From: Paracoccaceae bacterium
GTDB taxonomy: Bacteria > Pseudomonadota > Alphaproteobacteria > Rhodobacterales > Rhodobacteraceae
Direction: 5' to 3'
DNA: 21,000 nt
Assembly: GCA_030065075.1 (NCBI GenBank)
Contig: JASJDQ010000044.1
Location: 1-21,000, forward strand
Shown: positions 1-6,608 of the stretch, piece by piece
How positions within the stretch are numbered: position 1 is the first letter of the stretch
Layout of the letters: every line of letters starts with the position of its first letter
Notes under the pieces: model-generated
What the model was told of the DNA's origin: nothing
Databases searched by the model: none
Seen by the model: the letters and a program-made list of their open reading frames with translations, nothing else
Position numbers and translations under genes: made by a program

Positions 1-1520
1 ACGAAATCGGGCAGCGCCTCGCTCCACGAATGCGAATAACGCTCGCCGTGGAGCAATTCCTGCCATTGGCGCACCATGCCAAGGCGTTCGTTGTTCAGGA
101 TGAACTGCTTCACCGGCAGCCGGAATTGCGTGGCGGTGCCCAGTTCCTGCATGTTCATGAGCCACGAGGCTTCGCCCGCGACGTTGATGACCAGCGCGTC
201 GGGGTGCGCCATCTGCACACCGATGGAGGCGGGGAAGCCGTAACCCATGGTGCCCAGGCCACCAGACGTCATCCAGCGGTTCGGGTCTTCAAACCCCATA
301 TACTGGGCGGCCCACATCTGGTGCTGGCCGACCTCGGTGCAGATGTAGCGGTCGTGGTCCTTGGTCAGCGCTTCGAGCCGTGCGAGCGCATGCTGCGGTT
401 TGATGGTCTTGCCGGTCTGCTTGAACTTCAGGCAGTCGATGGCCTTCCATTCCTCGATCTGTTGCCACCACGTCGTCAGCCCTTCGCGGTCGGTCTTGGC
501 ACCGCGTGATTTCCAGACGTCGAGGAGTTGCTCCAGCACGGTCGCGACATCGCCGATGATGGGCATGTCGACGTGGATCACCTTGTTGATGGACGAGGGG
601 TCGATATCGACGTGCGCCTTGATCGAACCGGGCGAGAAATCCTGCACGCGTCCCGTGATCCGGTCGTCGAAGCGCGCGCCGATGTTGATCATCAGGTCGC
701 AGTCATGCATCGCGAGGTTGGCTTCGTAAAGCCCGTGCATGCCCAGCATTCCCAGCCAGTTCTTGCCGGACGCGGGGTATGCACCTAGGCCCATCAGCGT
801 CGAGGTGATGGGAAAGCCCGTCATGTCCACCAGTTGCCGCAGCAGTTCGGAGGCCTTGGGGCCTGAGTTGATGACGCCGCCGCCGGTGTAGAAGACGGGT
901 TTCTTGGCGACCTCCATCGCGGCGGCCAGCGCCTCGATGGTTTCGGGATCGCCCTTGGTGGGAGGATTGTAGTGGCCGGTCGGCGCGTCCTTGGGCGGGA
1001 CGTAGGTGCCGGAGGCGAATTGCACGTCCTTCGGGATATCGACCAGCACAGGGCCGGGGCGGCCGGACGTGGCGACGTGGAACGCTTCGTGGATGACGGG
1101 CGACAGACGGTCGGTTTCCTTCACCAGCCAATTGTGCTTGGTGCAGGGGCGCGTGATGCCCACTGTGTCAGCCTCCTGAAAGGCGTCGTTACCGATCATG
1201 AACGTCGGCACCTGACCCGTCAGAACGACGATCGGGATTGAGTCCATCAGCGCGTCGGTCAGTCCGGTGACCGCATTGGTGGCGCCGGGGCCGGAAGTGA
1301 CGAGCACAACGCCCGGCTTGCCGGTCGAACGCGCGTAACCTTCGGCCATGTGGACGGCACCCTGTTCGTGGCGGACGAGGACGTGACGGATCTCGTTTTG
1401 CTGAAAGATCTCGTCATAGATCGGAAGGACAGCGCCGCCCGGATACCCGAACACCACTTCGACGCCCTGATCCTTCAGAGCTTTCACGACCATTGCCGCT
1501 CCCGTCAATTGCTTTGCCAT
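1..1520 (-). CDS. ilvB: Acetolactate synthase (acetohydroxyacid synthase) large catalytic subunit, TPP-dependent. The 5' end is complete (ATG at 1520..1518); the 3' end runs off the window start.
   Basis: Manual minus-strand translation gives MAKQLTGAAMVVKALKDQGVEVVFGYPGGAVLPIYDEIFQQNEIRHVLVRHEQGAVHMAEGYARSTGKPGVVLVTSGPGATNAVTGLTDALMDSIPIVVLTGQVP...GLGTMGYGFPASIGVQMAHPD...FILNNERLGMVRQWQELLHGERYS, which are canonical ALS/TPP-enzyme motifs. An AGAGGA SD sits 8 nt upstream. The gene is absent from the ORF track because it is truncated by the window edge. Confidence 0.9.
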   Translation of the reverse strand, partial: MAKQLTGAAMVVKALKDQGVEVVFGYPGGAVLPIYDEIFQQNEIRHVLVRHEQGAVHMAEGYARSTGKPGVVLVTSGPGATNAVTGLTDALMDSIPIVVLTGQVPTFMIGNDAFQEADTVGITRPCTKHNWLVKETDRLSPVIHEAFHVATSGRPGPVLVDIPKDVQFASGTYVPPKDAPTGHYNPPTKGDPETIEALAAAMEVAKKPVFYTGGGVINSGPKASELLRQLVDMTGFPITSTLMGLGAYPASGKNWLGMLGMHGLYEANLAMHDCDLMINIGARFDDRITGRVQDFSPGSIKAHVDIDPSSINKVIHVDMPIIGDVATVLEQLLDVWKSRGAKTDREGLTTWWQQIEEWKAIDCLKFKQTGKTIKPQHALARLEALTKDHDRYICTEVGQHQMWAAQYMGFEDPNRWMTSGGLGTMGYGFPASIGVQMAHPDALVINVAGEASWLMNMQELGTATQFRLPVKQFILNNERLGMVRQWQELLHGERYSHSWSEALPDF

Positions 1521-1548
1521 CGCGCCATTCCTCTGTCTGTCCTGCGCA

Positions 1549-1576
1549 TAAAAAAGCCCCCGATTTTCGGGGGCGC
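1549..1576 (-). terminator. Intrinsic (rho-independent) terminator hairpin GCCCCCG-AAAAT-CGGGGGC followed by TTTTTTAT on the minus strand, between the leader peptide and the ilvB start. It is the attenuator terminator.
   Basis: Perfect 7-bp GC stem plus a 6-T run, read directly from the sequence. An alternative antiterminator pairing GGCGCATGGG / CCCATGCGCC overlaps the terminator's 5' half. Confidence 0.6.
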
Positions 1577-1601
1577 ATGGGGTTCCGTTCAGGGAGTTCC
1601 G

Positions 1602-1664
1602 TTACCGGCCCATGCGCCTTTGTCCTACAAGTACGACGATTTCCTGTACCACGGGGGCCTCCAT
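1602..1664 (-). CDS. Candidate ilv leader peptide, 20 aa (MEAPVVQEIVVLVGQRRMGR), or 16 aa if translation starts at the in-frame GTG (1652..1650) that follows a GGAGG.
   Basis: Short minus-strand ORF rich in branched-chain residues (V V . . I V V L V). It lies about 25 nt upstream of an intrinsic terminator and about 80 nt upstream of the ilvB start. Its last codons overlap a segment that can pair with the 5' half of the terminator. Confidence 0.45.
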   Translation of the reverse strand: MEAPVVQEIVVLVGQRRMGR

Positions 1665-1920
1665 TCGAGTGGGAAGGACACTAGCAGCCGCGAAAGGCGC
1701 GTCAACAGGGAAATTTGCAAATCTTGCGCTGAGAGAGGCGTTTGCGAAATTTCATTTGGACCCACAGGCAACCAAACACCAGAAAATGCGCATCTTCCAA
1801 TGCGACTCCTGCGCAGAAATCGTGGGACACGTAGGCGATGACCGGGTATCCTTACTCATCTCCAGAGTTTTTGTCGGGCCGCTTCGGAGAGGCGCCCATT
1901 ACTCATTCGGAGCAAGGCAT

Positions 1921-2235
1921 ATGGAAAACATTCTATTGTACGTCGGTCTCCTTGGCACAATTGCCTTTGGGGCCACTTTTATCATCTTGGCGTTGCGAAA
2001 GCCGCCTACGCCGCCCGCTGAAGATCCCAAAGCCAGGCCCGAAGCGCTGCAAGGCATTCCCACGCCTGCAGAATTGTCGGACATGGCCGAGAAATTTCAG
2101 CAGTCTGGGCCGCGGGCCACGGCTGCGTCGCTGACCGTATTTTTCTTTCTGGCGACACTGGTCGTCGCAGGTGTGATCGAGGTCGAGCTTGAGGCGGGTG
2201 GGGACGAAGCTGAGGAAGTTGCGCCTCAGGACTGA
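1921..2235 (+). CDS. Small two-TM membrane protein (104 aa, acidic C-terminus), hypothetical.
   Basis: ATG preceded by GGAG. Two strongly hydrophobic segments (ILLYVGLLGTIAFGATFIILAL and AASLTVFFFLATLVVAGVI). Its stop abuts the stop of the convergent response-regulator gene. The longer ORF in the track (1612..2235) would run through the ilvB leader region and is unlikely. Confidence 0.4.
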   Translation: MENILLYVGLLGTIAFGATFIILALRKPPTPPAEDPKARPEALQGIPTPAELSDMAEKFQQSGPRATAASLTVFFFLATLVVAGVIEVELEAGGDEAEEVAPQD

Positions 2236-2883
2236 CTAGAGCCGACCGGTGCCCTGCAACACACCGTGTTCAAGGGCATAGCGGGTCAGCCCCGCGGTCG
2301 AAGTGATCCCGAGCTTGCGCTTGATATTCTTGCGGTGGGTTTCGACCGTATGCACCGAGATATCCAGCGTGTCGGCGACCTCGCGGTTGGACTTGCCCTG
2401 CGCCACTTCCAGAAGCACGGTCTGTTCGCGGGAGGTGAGCGGTTCGCGACCATCCGCGATCCTCGGCTCCAGCGAGGCTTCGGCGCCGGTGCAAAGGTAC
2501 TTCTCGCCCTGCATGACCTTGTCGATGGCGATCTTGATCTCTTCGGTCGGAACGTCCTTCAGGATATAGCCTCGGGCGCCATGAGCCAGCGCAGTCGAGA
2601 TGTATTCGGGACTGTCGTGCATCGAGAGGATCAGGATGCGGCTTTCGGGTTGGCGTTCGAGGATCATCTCGGCTGCGGAAAGACCGCTGACGCCCGGCAT
2701 GTTGAGATCCAGAAGGATCACGTCGGGGCGAAGGGCGTCGGCCTTTTCGATCGCCTCCTTGCCGTTCGAAATTGTCGCGACGACTTGAATGTCATCGTAG
2801 GTCTCAAGGATCGCCTCGATCCCTTCGGTGACCATGGGATGATCGTCGACGATCATCACGCGAACGGGCGAGGGGCTGGTCAT
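2236..2883 (-). CDS. Two-component response regulator of the NarL/FixJ (LuxR-type HTH) family.
   Basis: REC domain (MIVDDHPMV...DVILLDLNMPG) plus C-terminal LuxR HTH (LTSREQTVLLEVAQGKSNREVADTLDISVHTVETHRKNIKRKLG). Its start overlaps the kinase stop (ATGA). Confidence 0.9.
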   Translation of the reverse strand: MTSPSPVRVMIVDDHPMVTEGIEAILETYDDIQVVATISNGKEAIEKADALRPDVILLDLNMPGVSGLSAAEMILERQPESRILILSMHDSPEYISTALAHGARGYILKDVPTEEIKIAIDKVMQGEKYLCTGAEASLEPRIADGREPLTSREQTVLLEVAQGKSNREVADTLDISVHTVETHRKNIKRKLGITSTAGLTRYALEHGVLQGTGRL

Positions 2884-4301
2884 GCGCTGTCCTTCGTCAG
2901 AGTCTCGGGCGACAGCATGTGAGTGAGCGGCACCTCGGCTTCGATCAAGGTGCCTTCAGCCGAGCTCAAGATACGGAACGTGCCGCCCAGTTGTTCGACG
3001 CGCTCTTGCATGTTGCGTAGGCCGAGGCCGCCCTTGGCATTCTCGTGCCGGAAGCCCGCGCCGTTGTCGCGAACGCGGAGCGTGGCGCCGCCCCTGTGCC
3101 CGAAGACCTTGATCTGAACCTCGCTCGCGTCCGCGTGGCGTTCGATGTTGGTCAGCGCCTCCTGTGCGATCCGGAAAAGCGCGATCTTGGCGTCTTCGTC
3201 CAGCCGGTTCCGGAAGACGACCGTTTCCAGTTCGGCCCTGATCCCGGTGCGCTCCGAGAATTCGTCCGTCAGCGTCTTCAGCGCCGGGCCCAGCCCCAGA
3301 TCGTCAAGCGATCCGGGCCGCAGATCTCGGCTGATCCGGCGGACTTCCTGGATCGCCGTGGTCAAACCGGCGAGGCCCTTCTTCAGGCTCTCGCCCGCGC
3401 GCGCATCGCCTTTGCTAAGGCGCCGCCCGGTCAGGTCCAGGGCATAGCGCACGCTGACTAGTATCTGGCTGATGCCGTCGTGCAATTCACGGGCGACGCG
3501 TCCGCGTTCTTCTTCCTGCGTATCGATGATGCGTTGGGTCAGGCGCTTGAGGGCGGCATCGGCCAACGAGCGTTCCCGGATGTTGATGAGAAGGCCGGAG
3601 GCAAAAACCAAGAGTAGGGCGCCGAGGGCGATCAGGCCGATATAGAAAAATGTCCGCTGGTTACGTTCTTCGACTTGCGCGCGCGCGGCCGCGACGGTGG
3701 CGCGGATGTCGTCGATGAAAATGCCCGTGCCAAGGACCCACCGCCAGTCCTGCAGGCCGATGACGTAGGTCACCATCTCGCCTTCCTCGCCGGTCGAGGG
3801 CTTGGGCCAGACGTGGGTGTGATAGCCGCCACCCGACCTTGCGAGGTCGATGAAGCTGCGGGTGATGGGCGTGCCGTTGATGTCTTCGAGCCCCAGCCAG
3901 TTCTTGTTGATCAGTTGCGTCTGGCGCGGCGCGACCAGATTGGTGCCGTCATAGTCGAAGACGAAGAAATATCCGTCCTGGCCATAGATCATCGCGGCCA
4001 GGTTGCGCATGACGGCTTCTTTCGCCTCTTCGTCGTCGGGGAGCGCGTTGCCGTAAACGGGGCCGATGGCCGTGCGCGCGATCGAGATGTAGTTCTTCAG
4101 TTCGTCCTTCTTGGCATTCAGCAATTCGGTTTCGAGCGCCGCGATTTCGCGCTCGGCCAATGCGCGGGACTGATGCGCGACCAGCCCCGCAATGGCCGCA
4201 ATGGCCAGAACGAGTGGGAGGGCGGCCAGCAGAAGGAACTTCCGCTGGTACCGGCTCGACTGGCCGGGATCGAACTTATCCGTGTCGTGTTTCATTCCCA
4301 T
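2880..4301 (-). CDS. Sensor histidine kinase with TM1, a periplasmic Cache-like sensor domain, TM2, a HisKA_3 dimerisation domain and a HATPase domain.
   Basis: N-terminal TM (FLLLAALPLVLAIAAIAGLV). Periplasmic segment with a Cache-type signature (GYFFVFDYDGTNLVAP...GGGYHTHVWPKP). Second TM, H-box ELHDGISQIL, and a C-terminal ATPase region (GGLGLRNMQERVEQLGGTF). Confidence 0.9.
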   Translation of the reverse strand: MGMKHDTDKFDPGQSSRYQRKFLLLAALPLVLAIAAIAGLVAHQSRALAEREIAALETELLNAKKDELKNYISIARTAIGPVYGNALPDDEEAKEAVMRNLAAMIYGQDGYFFVFDYDGTNLVAPRQTQLINKNWLGLEDINGTPITRSFIDLARSGGGYHTHVWPKPSTGEEGEMVTYVIGLQDWRWVLGTGIFIDDIRATVAAARAQVEERNQRTFFYIGLIALGALLLVFASGLLINIRERSLADAALKRLTQRIIDTQEEERGRVARELHDGISQILVSVRYALDLTGRRLSKGDARAGESLKKGLAGLTTAIQEVRRISRDLRPGSLDDLGLGPALKTLTDEFSERTGIRAELETVVFRNRLDEDAKIALFRIAQEALTNIERHADASEVQIKVFGHRGGATLRVRDNGAGFRHENAKGGLGLRNMQERVEQLGGTFRILSSAEGTLIEAEVPLTHMLSPETLTKDSA

Positions 4302-4464
4302 GGTTCCGCATCCGGATTAGCGCGGCGGCATGACACGAACAATATTTCATTGATTGTTTGCGCTAACTTTCAGCAAAAGAGGGAAATTGGCCCGCAAACT
4401 ACTCAGTTGCGGGTATTGCCAACAGCAGAGCAGACACTAATGTCGCGCGCATCTGAAACGATCC

Positions 4465-4482
4465 GCCCGCTTGAAGGCGGGC
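4465..4482 (+). promoter_or_regulatory. Perfect hairpin/palindrome GCCCGC-TTGAAG-GCGGGC, about 10 nt upstream of the GGGAGG SD of the TRAP SBP gene.
   Basis: Seen in the sequence, inside the divergent HK/RR-TRAP intergenic region (4302..4504). Confidence 0.3.
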
Positions 4483-4504
4483 TATACGACATGGGAGGTA
4501 CCAT

Positions 4505-5587
4505 ATGGATCGTCGTTCATTTCTGAAGAATACTGCACTTGGTGGTTCGGCTGCGGCCGCGGCCACGCTGGCCGCACCGGCGTATGCACAAGGCAATCGC
4601 ACGCTGACGATGGTGACATCGTGGGGTCGTGGCCTGGCAGGCGTTTTCGACGCTGCTCAGAAAGCTGCCGACAACATCACCGCAATTACCGACGGCTCGC
4701 TGACGGTTGAAGTGAAGGCCGCTGGCGAACTCGTCGGCGCATTCGAAGTTTTCGACGCTGTGACATCCGGCCAGGCCGATATGTACCACGCCGCCGACTA
4801 CTATTTCATCAACCAGCATCCCGGTTTTGCGTTCTTCACCGGCGTGCCCTTCGGCATGACCGCAACCGAGCTCAACAACTGGTATTATCACGGCAACGGC
4901 CTCGCCATGCACGACGAACTGGGCGAAATCTTTGGCCTGAAGTCGTTCCTGGCTGGTAACACCGGCACACAGGCCGGTGGCTGGTTCCGCAAGGAAATCC
5001 AAGGGCCTGAAGACTTCAACGGTCTCAAGTTCCGTATGCCGGGCCTTGGCGGTCGCGTGCTTGGTGAAATGGGCGCCAGCGTTCAAAACCTGCCGGGTGC
5101 AGAGGTGTACCAGGCGCTGGCTTCGGGCGCCATCGACGGGACCGAGTGGATTGGCCCCTGGGCCGACGAAAAGGCCGGTTTCCAGGAGATCACCAAGTTC
5201 TACTACACCGCTGGTATGCACGAACCTGCGGCCGGTCTGTCGCTTGCGACGAACCGCGAAGTCTTCGACAGCCTCACCCCGGCCCAGCAGGCCGCGATCG
5301 AGGTTGGCGCAGGCCATGCAAACATCTGGAATCTTTCCCAGTACCTCAACAACAACGGTGCCGCTCTTGAGCGTCTGAAGGCCGGCGGCGTTCAGGTTCT
5401 GGAATTCCCGGACAGCGTTTGGGACGCGATGTTCGAAGCCTCCAAGGCGGTTTACGCCGAATTCATGGGCGATGAGCTCTTCAAGAAGATCAATGATGAC
5501 TACTTCGCCTCGATGGCGAACTCGTCGGGCTGGCTGACCCAGTCGATCGGCGCCTATCGCGCGCAGCGCGACCGCGTCCGCGCCTGA
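4505..5587 (+). CDS. TRAP transporter periplasmic substrate-binding protein (DctP family) with a Tat-type signal peptide.
   Basis: RRSFLK twin-arginine signal followed by an AxA site. Conserved carboxylate-clamp arginine in the GLKFRMPG motif, comparable to SiaP GLKLRVPN. GGGAGG SD. Confidence 0.9.
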   Translation: MDRRSFLKNTALGGSAAAAATLAAPAYAQGNRTLTMVTSWGRGLAGVFDAAQKAADNITAITDGSLTVEVKAAGELVGAFEVFDAVTSGQADMYHAADYYFINQHPGFAFFTGVPFGMTATELNNWYYHGNGLAMHDELGEIFGLKSFLAGNTGTQAGGWFRKEIQGPEDFNGLKFRMPGLGGRVLGEMGASVQNLPGAEVYQALASGAIDGTEWIGPWADEKAGFQEITKFYYTAGMHEPAAGLSLATNREVFDSLTPAQQAAIEVGAGHANIWNLSQYLNNNGAALERLKAGGVQVLEFPDSVWDAMFEASKAVYAEFMGDELFKKINDDYFASMANSSGWLTQSIGAYRAQRDRVRA

Positions 5588-5669
5588 TCCATTTTCTTGA
5601 TGCAAATCAAGGCCCTCCGTTCGCGGGGGGCCTATCTCTGCGAAGCGGGTCTGCGATAGGGAGGGGCAC

Positions 5670-6596
5670 GTGGTCGATGGAATAGGGTGGTTCTTCCAGA
5701 ACCTTGCGTTCGCGTTCTACAACTTTTTCTATGCCGTCTCGAACCCGGGTAGCTGGCTCGCATGGCTTGGTGGCCTCGGCACCGAAGAAGCCAAGCAGTC
5801 GCTGATGCGGTTCATCTATTATGGTGGATCGGTTGAATTCTTCTTCGTTGTCTTCGTGGCCTTCCTTGTCCTGACGCTGATCGGATTTTGGAACAACAAT
5901 ATCATGTGGGGCAGCGTCCGCGTGTTCGAAGGGATCGGCAATACTGTCGGACGTCTTGCTGCCTGGGCCGGTCTGTTGATGGTGCTTCAACAGATCATGA
6001 TCGTTTTCGTGCAGCGCATCTTTGCCAGCGCGCAGATCAGCCTGGGTTTCGGTCTGCCGTTCGCCAAGGACGTGTCCTGGTGGGCCGAGGAATTGAAGCT
6101 TTATAACGCCATCGTTGTCTGTCTTTGCGTGTCCTACACGTTCATTCAAGGCGGCCACGTGCGTGTCGACCTGGTCTATTCGGCCGTCTCCTATCGCACC
6201 AAGAAGATTATCGACATGTTCGGTGCGCTGGTCCTGATGATGCCCGCCGCCGTGCTGACGTGGATGTACGGCTGGTTCTTCCTGTGGCGGCACCTGACGA
6301 CGCCGAAGGTCAGCGCGTCGGATGATCTGGAGCGGCTCGTCACAGCGAAATGGCGCGCACTTCGTTGGAACGTCGAGACGATCGGTTTCTCGCCCAACGG
6401 GTTCAACGCCTACTTCCTTTTCAAGATCCTGCTTGTTTTGTTCACCGCACTCGTGTTCATCCAGGCGATTGCCTTCTTCTATCGCTCGTATCTCGAGTGG
6501 AAGGAGGGGCCCGAGAGCGAAGACAAATACCTCGACCGTGATGTGCTTGGCGACGATGAAGCCGAGTTGGTTCACGCAATCGAAGAACATCACTAA
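5670..6596 (+). CDS. TRAP transporter small permease (DctQ family). It is unusually long at 308 aa, has a GTG start and an acidic C-terminal tail.
   Basis: DctQ signature YNAIVVCLCVSYTFIQGGHVRVDLVY. Multiple TM helices. AGGGAGGGG SD upstream of the GTG. Confidence 0.8.
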   Translation: MVDGIGWFFQNLAFAFYNFFYAVSNPGSWLAWLGGLGTEEAKQSLMRFIYYGGSVEFFFVVFVAFLVLTLIGFWNNNIMWGSVRVFEGIGNTVGRLAAWAGLLMVLQQIMIVFVQRIFASAQISLGFGLPFAKDVSWWAEELKLYNAIVVCLCVSYTFIQGGHVRVDLVYSAVSYRTKKIIDMFGALVLMMPAAVLTWMYGWFFLWRHLTTPKVSASDDLERLVTAKWRALRWNVETIGFSPNGFNAYFLFKILLVLFTALVFIQAIAFFYRSYLEWKEGPESEDKYLDRDVLGDDEAELVHAIEEHH

Positions 6597-6608
6597 GGGG
6601 CGGGGAAC

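Noticed and set aside
30-509. 159-aa plus-strand ORF at the start of the window
   Set aside because: It lies antisense to the clearly homologous acetolactate synthase reading frame. Its Arg/Gly/His-rich composition is typical of spurious high-GC antisense ORFs.
4517-6593. Long minus-strand ORFs (4517..5605 and 5607..6593) covering the TRAP SBP and DctQ genes
   Set aside because: The plus-strand frames carry unmistakable TRAP motifs, signal peptide and SD sequences. The minus-strand translations are Arg/His/Gly-rich with no domain-like features. They are GC-skew artefacts.
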